From NCBI GenBank assembly GCA_046726415.1, contig JBKPAK010000024.1:1-64000 (forward strand): a DNA stretch of 64,000 bases, read 5' to 3'. Source of the DNA: Candidatus Methylomirabilota bacterium (GTDB lineage Bacteria; Methylomirabilota; Methylomirabilia; Rokubacteriales; CSP1-6). The notes under the pieces are model-generated. The model saw only the letters and a program-made list of their open reading frames with translations, searched no databases and was not told the DNA's origin. The position numbers and the translations under genes were made by a program. Shown piece by piece: positions 39,301 through 49,109 of this stretch (positions are counted from its first letter, which is position 1; every line of letters starts with the position of its first letter).

Positions 39301-39392
39301 GTAATCACGCGCGCGCGGAATCGAGGAGCGATCCGGGTCCCCCGGGGCGCGACGAGCGTCGGGGGGTTTGGGGGGCGCCCGGAGTCCCCCAT
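39226..39392 (-). repeat. two tandem copies of the palindromic repeat element
   Basis: ATGGGGG-N-GCCCCCCAA-CCCC-GACGCTCG...CGCTCCTCG units at 39226-39300 and 39319-39392. Confidence 0.85.
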
Positions 39393-39396
39393 GCAA

Positions 39397-39627
39397 TCAT
39401 CCGGGCGGGCCGAGTCGCTCGGCGAGCTGGCGGGCGAAATCGTCGCGGCGGAGCGCCTCGATGCATTCGTGCACGTCGCGCGGGACGCGGTGGCCCAGGT
39501 GGGCGCTCACGAGATCGAGCGCGCCCCCTCGCGCGGCGCCATCGAGGGCACAGATCTCGCGGAGCGCTCGGGCAATCGACTCGTCGCGCTCGCCCACCTG
39601 GACGATGACGTCTACGGCGAACTGCAT
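39397..39627 (-). CDS. small hypothetical protein
   Basis: 76-aa ORF immediately after metG in the same orientation, with GC3-rich codons. Confidence 0.65.
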   Translation of the reverse strand: MQFAVDVIVQVGERDESIARALREICALDGAARGGALDLVSAHLGHRVPRDVHECIEALRRDDFARQLAERLGPPG

Positions 39628-39631
39628 GAAC

Positions 39632-41542
39632 TTACTTTACCCTGGCCCCCAGCGGAAGGTCGCGATCCGGGGTGATGAGGGCGAGGGCGCCGTCGCGCTC
39701 TCCCGCCAGCACCATCCCTTCGGACTGCACGCCCATCAGCGTGGCGGGCTGCAGGTTGGCCACGACCACCACCTTGCGGCCGATGAGATCGGCCGGGGCG
39801 TAGTGCTCGGCGATCCCGGCCAGCACGGTGCGGCTCTCGGCGCCCAGCGAGATGGTGAGCTTGAGCAGTTTCTTCGACTTCGGCATGGCCTCCGCGGCCA
39901 GCACCTCGGCCACACGCAGATCGACCCGCGAGAAGTCATCGATGCGGATGCGCTCGGGGCGAGCCGCCTCCCCCGACACCCTGGCCGCCTGTCCCGCGAT
40001 TCCCCCGGAGACGGCATCGTTGGCGGGGACCACCCGCGGGAAGAGGCCCGAGAGCTTTCGGACGGGCGTGCCGGCCTGGAGGCCTCCCCACTTCGCGTCG
40101 ACCAGCATCACCGCCCCGCGCAAGCCCAGCGCCTCGCGGATCTTCCCCGCCGCCAAGGGCAGGAAGGGGTCGAGCACGATACCGAGGCAGCGCAGCGACT
40201 CGCCCAGCGTGTAGAGCACAGTGTCCAGCCGCGGGCGCCGAGCCGGGTCTTTGACCAGCGTCCACGGCTGCTCCGCGTCGACATACCGGTTGAGCAGGCC
40301 CAACCATTCCCAGATCGCGGCCAGGGCGCGGCTGAAGGCGAACTCCTCCATGGCCGCGTCCACCTCGGCCAGCATCTTCTGGGAGGCCCACTGCACGGCG
40401 TCGTCAGCGGCCGTTGACGCGCCGGGCGCTGGCACCGTCCCTCGGCCGGCCAGCAAGGTCGTGACGCGCGAGGCAAAGTTGCCGAGGTCGTTGGCGAGGT
40501 CGGCGTTGAGCCGGCTCACCAGGGCGTCCTCGGAGAAGTCCGCGTCCAGTCCGAACACGGCCTCGCGCATGACGAAGTATCGGAAGGCGTCGTGGCCGTA
40601 GGTGTCGGTCAGGGCCAGGGCTTCGACAATGTTGCCGATGGACTTCGACATCTTGCCACCGCCCAGACGCCAATAGCCGTGGACGTTGAGGCGAGTGTAA
40701 ACGGGGAGACCCGCCGCCTTGAGCATGCAGGGCCAGTACACGCCGTGGGGCTTGAGGATGTCCTTGCCGATGAGGTGCTGCACGTGAGGCCAGAACGTGG
40801 TGTACGGCTCTCCACCGATCTCGCCGAGGGCCGAGACGTAGTTAATGAGGGCGTCGAACCACACGTAGGTCACGAACCGCTCGTCGAAGGGCAGCGGGAT
40901 CCCCCACTCGAGACGGGTGCGCGGGCGGCTGATGCTGAGGTCTTGCAGGGGCTCGCGCAGGAAGCCGAGAATCTCGTTGCGATAGCGCTCGGGCCGGATG
41001 AGGCCGGGGTTCGACGTGATGTAGTTCACCAACCAGTCCTGGTAGGCCGACATCCGGAAGAAGTAGTTCTCCTCCTCGATCCACGTGAGGGGAGTGTCGT
41101 GGTCGGGGCACTTGCCGTCCACGATCTCCTTGTCGGTGTAGAACCGCTCGCAGCCGTAGCAGTAGGAGCCGCCGTACTTGCCGAAGTAGATCTCACCGGC
41201 CTCCCACAGCCTCTGGAGGATCTGCTGGACGATGCGGGCATGCCGGGGCTCAGTGGTGCGGATGAAGTCGTCGTTGGTGATGCCCAGCCGCACCCAGGTC
41301 TCGCGGAAGGCCGCGGAGTTGGCGTCGGCGAGGGCTTGGGGCGATACCCCGGCCTTGGCCGCGACCTGGGCGATCCGTTCCCCGTGCTCGTCGGTGCCGG
41401 TAAGGAACCACACGCGGTCGCCGCGCAGGCGCCGGTAGCGGGCCATGGCGTCGGCGATGATCGTGGTATACGCGTGGCCCAGGTGCGGGCGTGCGTTGAT
41501 GTAGTAGATGGGCGTGGTGAGGTAGAGAATCGATCCCCTCAC
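39632..41542 (-). CDS. metG: methionine--tRNA ligase with C-terminal tRNA-binding domain
   Basis: YLTTPIYY, HLGH, GTDEHG, YVWFDAL, KMSKS, OB-fold SEGMVLA. Confidence 0.98.
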   Translation of the reverse strand: MRGSILYLTTPIYYINARPHLGHAYTTIIADAMARYRRLRGDRVWFLTGTDEHGERIAQVAAKAGVSPQALADANSAAFRETWVRLGITNDDFIRTTEPRHARIVQQILQRLWEAGEIYFGKYGGSYCYGCERFYTDKEIVDGKCPDHDTPLTWIEEENYFFRMSAYQDWLVNYITSNPGLIRPERYRNEILGFLREPLQDLSISRPRTRLEWGIPLPFDERFVTYVWFDALINYVSALGEIGGEPYTTFWPHVQHLIGKDILKPHGVYWPCMLKAAGLPVYTRLNVHGYWRLGGGKMSKSIGNIVEALALTDTYGHDAFRYFVMREAVFGLDADFSEDALVSRLNADLANDLGNFASRVTTLLAGRGTVPAPGASTAADDAVQWASQKMLAEVDAAMEEFAFSRALAAIWEWLGLLNRYVDAEQPWTLVKDPARRPRLDTVLYTLGESLRCLGIVLDPFLPLAAGKIREALGLRGAVMLVDAKWGGLQAGTPVRKLSGLFPRVVPANDAVSGGIAGQAARVSGEAARPERIRIDDFSRVDLRVAEVLAAEAMPKSKKLLKLTISLGAESRTVLAGIAEHYAPADLIGRKVVVVANLQPATLMGVQSEGMVLAGERDGALALITPDRDLPLGARVK

Positions 41543-42411
41543 GCACCGCTCCGCGGAGCAGGACGGTCGAGCTCGAAGGTGATGTGCGAGCGCCCCTCCC
41601 AGGTGATGGCCGACATCGGGACCTCGGCCTCGGTGCCGTCCGGGAAGCCGACGACCACGGATTCCTTGAGCACGCGGAGCGACTTCACTTTGCCCGACAT
41701 GCACCCACCACCCCCGCACGAGGCCTGGCACGGCGTGTTCACCTTGGGCAGCCGGCTCCGCAGGGCCTCATACGTGGAGAACTCGTAGAGCAGGCAGCAC
41801 TTGAGGCGCCCGCAGTTGCCCAGCAACCGGCTGTCGGTCAGCGGCACATCCTGCACCTTCGCCATCCTGACGGCCACCGGGTCGAACTTCCGGAGATAGG
41901 ACGAGCAGCAGAGCTGCCGGCCGCAGGGCCCAATGCCGTCCATGACCTTGGTGGTGTCGCGGGCGCCGATCTGGCGCATCTCGATGCGCGCCCGGAACTC
42001 CCGCGCGAGGTCGCGCACGAGGTCCCGAAAGTCCACCCGATCCTCGGCGTTGAAGGACACCAGCACCCGCCGCTCGCGCGCCGCGATCTCGACGTCCACG
42101 ATCTTCATGCGCAGTCCCCGCGTGCGCGCGAACTGCTGCACGGTGGCGATGGCGGCCCGCTCCCGGTCGACATGAGCGCGATGGTCGTGGGCTTCGCTCT
42201 TCGTGGCCATGCGCAGCACACGGCGGTAGAGGGCATCGCGCTTGGCCTCCGGCACCGGCCGCCGCGGGCGGCGGACTTCGCCTACGGCCGGCTCGGCCGC
42301 CGCTTCGACCACGCAGAAGTCGCCGACGTGAAGGTCGAGGTCTCCGGGGACGCGATAGTCGTCGGTGTTCTGGCCAGCTCGCAGGCGCACCCCGATCAGA
42401 AAATCATCCAT
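41539..42411 (-). CDS. ricT: PSP1/RicT (YaaT) family Fe-S protein
   Basis: RVDFRDLV, RIEMRQIGARD, GIGPCGRQLCC, CGRLKCCL. Confidence 0.9.
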   Translation of the reverse strand: MDDFLIGVRLRAGQNTDDYRVPGDLDLHVGDFCVVEAAAEPAVGEVRRPRRPVPEAKRDALYRRVLRMATKSEAHDHRAHVDRERAAIATVQQFARTRGLRMKIVDVEIAARERRVLVSFNAEDRVDFRDLVRDLAREFRARIEMRQIGARDTTKVMDGIGPCGRQLCCSSYLRKFDPVAVRMAKVQDVPLTDSRLLGNCGRLKCCLLYEFSTYEALRSRLPKVNTPCQASCGGGGCMSGKVKSLRVLKESVVVGFPDGTEAEVPMSAITWEGRSHITFELDRPAPRSGA

Positions 42412-42426
42412 GACTGGCGTTGCTCC

Positions 42427-43320
42427 TCACGCCGCCCGCAGGGCGAGGCGGCTCAACAAGACTTCCACGGTGAGCCGTGGCGACACATTGGTTTCCAGCG
42501 CGAGCCGCGCGGCCCGACAACCGCCCAGCTCGCCGAGCAGCTCGTCCATGGACCAGCGGGTAGATTCTCGAGCGATCTCTGCGGCCGTCCCGCCGTTCAC
42601 GAGCAAGGATTCCGGAGCGCCGCTGCCCGCCAGGAGCAGGTCGCGGCAGAGCAACCAGTAGGCGTCGATGAGGCGCTCAGCGGCATCCCGGTCGATGGAC
42701 TGGAGCTTCCCGAGCAGCGCATCAGCACCTTGGGCGCGGACCTCAGCGAAGAGAGCAAGCGCGTCGGCCCGCGCGGCCTCGGCCTGTGAATCGGGGCGGG
42801 GCGCAAAGCGCACGATCTGGCAGCGCGACAGCACAGTCGCCGGAAGGGCGCGGACGCTTCGGAGGACGAGGATGATCACCGTCCGGTCGGGCGGCTCCTC
42901 GAGCGTCTTGAGGAACGCGTGCGGCGTGTCGTCCGTCATGCGATCGGCGTCGTCCACGATGAAGATCTTGCGCGCGGCCATGGCCGGTCGCAGCCCCGCC
43001 TGGCGCTCCAGAGCCCGGATGTCGCCGATGCGGATGGCCCTCGGCCCCTTCGGGTTGCGCTCCGGCGGCGTGGGCGCGATCACGTGCAGGTCCGGATGCT
43101 GGCGGCGGCCGACCAGGGCGCACGCTCGGCAGCAACCGCATCCGCCCTCCGCAGAGGGGCGCTCGCACAGCAGTGCCTTGGCAAAGATCAGCGCCGCGGT
43201 GCTCCGTCCGGAACGGGGCGGGCCCAAGAACGCGTAAGCGTGGGCCACGCGCCCGCCCACGAGGGCCCGGCTCAGAATCGCCGCCACGCGGGGTTGACCG
43301 TCGAGGGCGCTAAACGGCAC
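42427..43320 (-). CDS. holB: DNA polymerase III delta' subunit
   Basis: HAYAFLGP, Zn CGCCRAC, HPDL, LKTLEEPP, TVLSRC; follows tmk. Confidence 0.93.
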   Translation of the reverse strand: MPFSALDGQPRVAAILSRALVGGRVAHAYAFLGPPRSGRSTAALIFAKALLCERPSAEGGCGCCRACALVGRRQHPDLHVIAPTPPERNPKGPRAIRIGDIRALERQAGLRPAMAARKIFIVDDADRMTDDTPHAFLKTLEEPPDRTVIILVLRSVRALPATVLSRCQIVRFAPRPDSQAEAARADALALFAEVRAQGADALLGKLQSIDRDAAERLIDAYWLLCRDLLLAGSGAPESLLVNGGTAAEIARESTRWSMDELLGELGGCRAARLALETNVSPRLTVEVLLSRLALRAA

Positions 43321-43930
43321 GGAGGAACTCCTCGACCACCCCGATCACCTGCGCCGTCACCGCTTCCGGCGCCCGCGCGGCCTGGATCAGCCGAACCCGC
43401 TTTGGCTCCGACCGCATGATCTCGAGGTAGCCTCGGCGCACGCGGCGGTGGAACGCGAGGGCCTGCCGCTCGAAGTGATCGAGTTTCCGCCCCCGAATGC
43501 GGCGAAAACCCGACTCCGGCGAGATATCGAAGAGCAGGGTGAGGTCGGGAAGCACTCCGCCGGTGGCGCGCACGTTCAACTCGCGGATCCAGTCGCGATC
43601 GACTCCGAACCCGTATCCTTGATAGGCGATGGTGGCATCGGTATAGCGATCGCACAACACGATCCGCCCGCGCCGGAGCCACGGCTCGATATTGTCGGCG
43701 ACCTGCTGCCGGCGGGCGGCGAGCAGGAGGAAGACCTGCGTCAGTGGCTGCGGATCGATGTCGGTCCGCCCGAAGAGGCGCCGGACGGCGAGACCCACCG
43801 CCGTGCCACCCGGCTCCGCCGTCCGCTCCACTCGGTAGCCCTGAACCTTGAGCCAGTGCTCAAGCCGGGGCATCTGGGTCGACTTGCCCGACCCCTCGAC
43901 CCCCTCGAACGTGATGAGCACTCCCCGCAC
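43310..43930 (-). CDS. tmk: thymidylate kinase
   Basis: ITFEGVEGSGKST, EPGGT, DRY..T.AYQG, PDLT. Confidence 0.97.
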   Translation of the reverse strand: MRGVLITFEGVEGSGKSTQMPRLEHWLKVQGYRVERTAEPGGTAVGLAVRRLFGRTDIDPQPLTQVFLLLAARRQQVADNIEPWLRRGRIVLCDRYTDATIAYQGYGFGVDRDWIRELNVRATGGVLPDLTLLFDISPESGFRRIRGRKLDHFERQALAFHRRVRRGYLEIMRSEPKRVRLIQAARAPEAVTAQVIGVVEEFLRAV

Positions 43931-44048
43931 TCGCGAGACCCCCTGGCGTCGCAGTGTGTCACTCTAGCATGCCCTAACCGCAATCGACACGCCGCCCCAG
44001 CGGATTCGGATGCGGGCTCGCTCCGTCTCATGGCGGGCCAAGGCGGGC

Positions 44049-44071
44049 TTGGAGGGTCTCTCGCCCTCCAA
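44049..44071. terminator. hairpin downstream of acuC
   Basis: TTGGAGGG-N7-CCCTCCAA inverted repeat. Confidence 0.35.
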
Positions 44072-44085
44072 CTTCAAGGGCCTGG

Positions 44086-45219
44086 CTACAGCCGGTGAGT
44101 CGGGAAGATCAGGCGGCGGACGGCTTCGACCTGCCGGTCAGCGTAAGCTCGCACCGGCTCCTCGAGGTGCGCGGGGATCGGGGCGGGAGGGTCCCACAGA
44201 TCGCGCGAGGGAAAGCCGAACCGCTCGAGATCCGGGTCGAAGGCCGCGGGCATTTCCGACTTCAGCTCGAGGTCGTTCATGATCGCCCACGCCACCGTCC
44301 ACGCCCGCGCCACGTTGCGCAGGTCGTAGCCACCGCCTCCCAGCGCCACGAGCCGCGGGGCCAGGCCGACCACGCGGCGGACGGCCGCCGCGAAGCCCTG
44401 CACGTCGAGGGCGAGGTGGGTGAGGGGATCGGTCCGGTGGGCGTCGATGCCGAGCTGCAGCACGACCGCGTCCGGCCGGAACGTCTCCAGCAGAGGCGGC
44501 ACCACCGCCTCGAACGCCGGCAGATACGTGTCGCGATCGGTGAACGCTTCAAGCGGAAGGTTGACGGAGTAGCCCGTGCCCTTGCCCTCTCCCACCTCCT
44601 CGACGAACCCCGTACCGGGAAAGAGACGATCACCGCGCTCGTGCGTCGAGATGGTGAGCACGCTGGCATCCGCGTAGAACGCTTGCTGCACGCCGTCGCC
44701 GTGATGGGCGTCGATGTCCACGTAGGCCACGCGCATGCCGTGGGCCCGCAGGCGCAGGATGGCCAGCACGGCGTCGTTGACGTAGCAGAAGCCCGACGCC
44801 CGGGCCGGCATGGCGTGATGCAGGCCGCCTGCGAAGTGGAATGCGCGGTCGACGACACCACGGGCCACGAGATCGGCGGCGTCCAATGACCCACCTGCGG
44901 CCAGTCGAGCCACCTGCCACAGGCCGGCAAAGACGGGATTGTCGCCGGGGCCGAGGCCGAACAGGGCCGCGCGCGATGGTGCCTGGCCGCTGTCGGCCGC
45001 CTTGAGGACTTCCAGGTAGGCGCGGCTGTGGAACTCCTCCATCCGAGCCTCATCGGCCGCCTCCGGCTCGCGCACGATCGCACCGGGCAAGGTGGTCAGG
45101 CCGTAGGCCTGCATCAGACGCCAGGTGAGGCCCAGCCGCTCCATGCGCAACGGGTGCTCGGGGCCGTAGTCGAAGCGCGTGTAGTCGTCGGAGTAGAGAA
45201 GCGCGGTCTTGGTGGTCAC
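44086..45219 (-). CDS. acuC: AcuC/histone-deacetylase family protein
   Basis: [35 protein letters not shown]. Confidence 0.92.
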   Translation of the reverse strand: MTTKTALLYSDDYTRFDYGPEHPLRMERLGLTWRLMQAYGLTTLPGAIVREPEAADEARMEEFHSRAYLEVLKAADSGQAPSRAALFGLGPGDNPVFAGLWQVARLAAGGSLDAADLVARGVVDRAFHFAGGLHHAMPARASGFCYVNDAVLAILRLRAHGMRVAYVDIDAHHGDGVQQAFYADASVLTISTHERGDRLFPGTGFVEEVGEGKGTGYSVNLPLEAFTDRDTYLPAFEAVVPPLLETFRPDAVVLQLGIDAHRTDPLTHLALDVQGFAAAVRRVVGLAPRLVALGGGGYDLRNVARAWTVAWAIMNDLELKSEMPAAFDPDLERFGFPSRDLWDPPAPIPAHLEEPVRAYADRQVEAVRRLIFPTHRL

Positions 45220-45719
45220 GTGCGCGTCCAATATCCGGACTTGCCGCCGGATTTCTCGAGGAGCTGGATCTCGCCGATGGTGACGCCGCGCTCCACCGCC
45301 TTGATCATGTCGTACACGGTCAGCGCGGCCACGCTCACTGCGGTGAGGGCTTCCATCTCGACGCCGGTCTTGTCGACCGTCCGCACATGGGCCTCGATGA
45401 TCAACTCTCCCCGGTGCGGCTCTTCGTGGAATGCCACGTCCACCCCCGTGATTCGGAGTGGATGGCACATGGGAATGAGATCCGGCGTTCGCTTCGCCGC
45501 GAGAATGCCGGCCGTGCGCGCGACCCCCAGAACGTCGCCTTTGGGAGCGTTCCCCTCGCGGATGGTGGTGAGCGTGGCCGGCGCCATGCGGAGGACCGCG
45601 CGCGCCACGGCTTCGCGCGCGGTCTCCGGCTTGCTGGAAACGTCCACCATGCGGGCATCGCCTTCCGGCGTGAGGTGAGTCAGGCCGCGGAAGGAATCGT
45701 GGGGACGGCTCCGCGGCAT
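45216..45719 (-). CDS. moaC: cyclic pyranopterin monophosphate synthase
   Basis: [40 protein letters not shown]. Confidence 0.97.
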   Translation of the reverse strand: MPRSRPHDSFRGLTHLTPEGDARMVDVSSKPETAREAVARAVLRMAPATLTTIREGNAPKGDVLGVARTAGILAAKRTPDLIPMCHPLRITGVDVAFHEEPHRGELIIEAHVRTVDKTGVEMEALTAVSVAALTVYDMIKAVERGVTIGEIQLLEKSGGKSGYWTRT

Positions 45720-45741
45720 GAGCGCATCTAGGCGTGGGCCG

Positions 45742-45969
45742 TCAGGCGCCGACGCCGGCGCGGGTCTGCCGCGCAATGGCCTCCATCCGGTCCTTGGCCA
45801 TCAGCTTCAATTTCTTCAACTCGCTGATTCTCCAGTGCTGGTCCGCCGAGAGCGAGGGGACGGCCTTCAGTGTCTCGAGTTCGTGTTCGTAACCTTGGTG
45901 CTCGGCGCGAAGGCGGCGGAACTCCTCGTTCTCGGCCATGAGTCGCGCGGTGAGGTCGTCCTGAGTCAT
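45742..45969 (-). CDS. DUF465/YdcH family protein
   Basis: [28 protein letters not shown]. Confidence 0.85.
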   Translation of the reverse strand: MTQDDLTARLMAENEEFRRLRAEHQGYEHELETLKAVPSLSADQHWRISELKKLKLMAKDRMEAIARQTRAGVGA

Positions 45970-46098
45970 GCATTCGCCTCCCCTGGAAACACGGAAAGCC
46001 AGCACCGTGAGAGGTCGCTGGCCTTTCGGACTGCTCTGTCCACCTGGAGCCCCGTTCATGCGCTCCCGAGTTACGAGGGATCGGCACCGGGTGAGTTC

Positions 46099-46128
46099 CT
46101 TATACGCCCCGGCGCGCGCGAGTGTCAA
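46099..46128 (-). promoter_or_regulatory. sigma-70 promoter for the DUF465-moaC-acuC unit
   Basis: TTGACA-18-TATAAG in a very GC-rich context. Confidence 0.7.
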
Positions 46129-46138
46129 GCGAAGCTCA

Positions 46139-47233
46139 TCAGATGAGCAGATGTGGCGCGCTCGCGGGGAAGACGGCAACGATCCGTTCGCCGGGAACGA
46201 GCCCCAGCTCCTCGGCTGAACGAGGCGTGACGGCGGCCACCAGTGGAAACCCGCAATCCATGACCACGTGGACGGCGGCGCCAGCGCGGTTGACCCGGGT
46301 CACTGCCCCGGCCAGGCGGTTGCAGTCGCGGCCCGGTGTCCACGCCACGTCGAATCGGCCGACGGCGACGTCCTCGGGACGCAGGCATACACGCACCCGC
46401 TCCCCGGGCTTCACGTCCCCCACGACCTTCAGTCGCCGTCCGGCCACCTCGATGAGCGCGACCTCGCCGTCCCCACTGACCACGAGACCGGGCGCAATCG
46501 TCTCGACGCCGACGAAGCGGGCCACCTCCTCGGACGCCGGCGCGTTGAACACGCGGGCGACACGGTCGACCTGCTGGAGGCTCCCGCGCAGGACGACGGC
46601 CACGCGATCGGCCAGCGCCTGAGCCTCATCGCGGTCGTGGGTCACCAGGACAGTGGCCACTCGCTCCTCGCGCAGGATGGCGTGGAGGTCGCTGATGAGC
46701 GCCGCCCGCGAGGGCGGATCGAGCGCGGCAAACGGCTCGTCGAGCAGCAGGAGCTCAGGCTCCAGCGCGAGCGCGCGGGCCAGCGCGACGCGTTGCGCCT
46801 CTCCGCCGGACAGGGAGTGCGCCCGACGAGCGTGAAGATGGGCGACGCCAAGGCGCTCGAGCCAGCGGCGCGCGCGCGCGCGCGCCACCGCGCTCGGAAT
46901 GCCCCGGAAGCGAAGCCCGAGGACGGCATTCGCCATCACGCTCGTGTCCGCGAGCAACGGCTGCTGGAACACCATGGCCTGCCGGCGCCGGACCGCCAGG
47001 GCCTGATCGGCGCGCACCGCGCGTCCCCGGAACAACACCTCTCCCGCGGAGGGCACCTGGAGCAGGCCGAGGACCCGCAACAGCGTGGATTTGCCGCTGC
47101 CGTTGGGTCCGATGACGGCCAAGGTCTCGGCCTCGGCGACATCGAGCGCCACAACGGCCAGCACCTCGACCGCGCCATACCGGACCGACACCTCGCACAG
47201 GGACGCGACGGGGACGTGGGTGGTCGCTCTCAT
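46139..47233 (-). CDS. tungstate ABC transporter ATPase (TupC-like) with TOBE domains
   Basis: GPNGSGKST, LSGGEAQR, LLDEP, C-terminal TOBE; in the tupAB operon. Confidence 0.85.
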   Translation of the reverse strand: MRATTHVPVASLCEVSVRYGAVEVLAVVALDVAEAETLAVIGPNGSGKSTLLRVLGLLQVPSAGEVLFRGRAVRADQALAVRRRQAMVFQQPLLADTSVMANAVLGLRFRGIPSAVARARARRWLERLGVAHLHARRAHSLSGGEAQRVALARALALEPELLLLDEPFAALDPPSRAALISDLHAILREERVATVLVTHDRDEAQALADRVAVVLRGSLQQVDRVARVFNAPASEEVARFVGVETIAPGLVVSGDGEVALIEVAGRRLKVVGDVKPGERVRVCLRPEDVAVGRFDVAWTPGRDCNRLAGAVTRVNRAGAAVHVVMDCGFPLVAAVTPRSAEELGLVPGERIVAVFPASAPHLLI

Positions 47234-48369
47234 GACGGCAGCACGTGGATGGCACCGCGGTGGAGGGAGAACTCCCAGTGACGGTCGGCCTTGATGTCGA
47301 GGATCTCGTACACGAGGCTCGGGACCTCGACCTCGAGGTCGTGGTCGCCCTGGGCGGGCGGGCCCGGCTCGTCGAGCCGCACCCGCAGGGCCCATGTGGT
47401 GCCCTGGTCGGTGTCTCCCACCACCCGTCCCCGCATCATGTTCATGTGGTGCGCCACGTCGGGGGCCAGGCGATCTTTCCGAATCAGGCGCACGTACTCC
47501 GGCCGAATGAAGAATGCGAGCGGGCTCCCGGCGGGCGGCAGGTAGGCATGGGTGGGCGAATTGACGGCTTCCAGCAGCTGTCCACGCCACGCGAACTGGA
47601 TGCGGTCGGGTGACGCCTTCACCACCGTGCCGTGCAGCAGGTTGCGGATGCCGATCAGCCGCGCCACCCGCCCCGAGTTCGGCTGCCAGAGAAACTCCGT
47701 CTTCGAGGAGGCCTGGATGACGCGGCCCTGGTCGTAGACGATCACGCGGTCGGCGAGCTGGTAAGCCTCCGAGAGGTCGTGGGTGACGATCACCGCCGGC
47801 GTGTCCCAGTCGCGCAGCGTTCGCTCGAGATCGTCGCGAAGCTGGCGCCGGAGGGGCGCGTCGAGCGCCGAGAGCGGCTCGTCGAGCAGGAGCAGATCAG
47901 GGTCGACGGCGAGCGCCCGCCCCAGGGCAACGCGTTGCTGCTGGCCGCCCGACAGCTCTCGCGGCGCGCGACGCTCCAGGCCCGACAGGCCGAGTCGCTC
48001 GATCACGTCCGCCGTCCGGCGCGCCCGCATGGCCCGCGGGCGATCCCGCAGACCGAAGGCTACGTTGTCCCACACACTCAGGTGGGGAAAGAGAGCGTAT
48101 CCCTGGAACACGTAGCCGATGCGCCGCCGTTGGGGCGGCAGGTCGATGCCCGCGGTGGAGTCGAAGAAGATATGGCCGTTAACGGTGATCCGCCCCGAAT
48201 CCGGACGCTCGAGCCCGGCCAGGCATCGGAGGGTCAGACTCTTGCCCGCCCCCGAGGGCCCGAAGAGCACAGCCACTCCTCCGCCCGCCGTCCAGGACAC
48301 GTCCAGCGTGAAGGCGGCCAGGTGCTTGACGAGCGAGAGCTCGACGCAACTCGAAGCGGTGGGCGCCAC
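47230..48369 (-). CDS. modC: molybdate ABC transporter ATPase (ModC-like)
   Basis: FTLDV, FGPSGAGKS, IDLPPQRRRIGYVFQ.YALFPH, LSGGQQQR. Confidence 0.82.
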   Translation of the reverse strand: MAPTASSCVELSLVKHLAAFTLDVSWTAGGGVAVLFGPSGAGKSLTLRCLAGLERPDSGRITVNGHIFFDSTAGIDLPPQRRRIGYVFQGYALFPHLSVWDNVAFGLRDRPRAMRARRTADVIERLGLSGLERRAPRELSGGQQQRVALGRALAVDPDLLLLDEPLSALDAPLRRQLRDDLERTLRDWDTPAVIVTHDLSEAYQLADRVIVYDQGRVIQASSKTEFLWQPNSGRVARLIGIRNLLHGTVVKASPDRIQFAWRGQLLEAVNSPTHAYLPPAGSPLAFFIRPEYVRLIRKDRLAPDVAHHMNMMRGRVVGDTDQGTTWALRVRLDEPGPPAQGDHDLEVEVPSLVYEILDIKADRHWEFSLHRGAIHVLPS

Positions 48370-48410
48370 GGTCCCCTACTATGCCACTGCCCGCTCGCGA
48401 GACAACGGGC

Positions 48411-49106
48411 TCAGCGGGCTCCGCGCTGCTGGATGGTCGTGAGGGCCCAGTTCACGAGGTAGACGAGCACGAGCAGGAGGACGGCCAGCGCGATGGCCAC
48501 GTCGAAGTTGCCCTTGCTCGTCTCGAGGACCATGGCGGTAGTGAGCGTCCGGGTGTGTCCCTTGATGTTGCCGCCGACCATCATCGAGGCGCCGATCTCG
48601 GAGATGATCCCGCCGAATCCGGCCATAACCGCGGCCAGCATCGGCAGGCGCGCTTCCCGCAGCACGACCCACACCACCTGCACGCGTGAGGCACCCAGCC
48701 CCAGGAGCTGGAGGCGAAAGGTCTCGGGGACGCTCTGGACTGCGGCCAGAGTAATGCCTGTCACGATGGGACTGGCGATGATGGCCTGCGCGAGCACGAT
48801 GGCCGCCGGGGTGTACAGGATCTCGAGCCCGCCCAGCGGGCCGCTGCGCCAGAGGAATAGGGTCACGAAGAGGCCGACCACGACGGGCGGGAGACCCATG
48901 CCGGTGTTCACCGCGGCGACCACCAACCGACGGCCGGGGAAGCGCAACAGGGCGAGCGCAGAGCCGGCAGGAACGCCCACGAGCAGCGAGACGATCGTGC
49001 CCAGGCTGGATACCTGAAGCGACAACCACAGGACCGACCAGATCTCCGGGTCGCCATCGACGAGCAGGCGCACCGCCTTCCGGAGACCCTCGAAAAGCAG
49101 GTCCAC
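48411..49106 (-). CDS. tupB: tungstate ABC transporter permease
   Basis: GLPPVVVGL, SGPLG, EIGASMMVGGNI..TRTLTTA..ETSKG. Confidence 0.92.
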   Translation of the reverse strand: MDLLFEGLRKAVRLLVDGDPEIWSVLWLSLQVSSLGTIVSLLVGVPAGSALALLRFPGRRLVVAAVNTGMGLPPVVVGLFVTLFLWRSGPLGGLEILYTPAAIVLAQAIIASPIVTGITLAAVQSVPETFRLQLLGLGASRVQVVWVVLREARLPMLAAVMAGFGGIISEIGASMMVGGNIKGHTRTLTTAMVLETSKGNFDVAIALAVLLLVLVYLVNWALTTIQQRGAR

Positions 49107-49109
49107 CGC

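Noticed and set aside
28736..39392. Repeat units as a CRISPR array
   Set aside because: Units are ~75 bp, divergent, dispersed and at most two in tandem; there are no unique spacers and no cas genes
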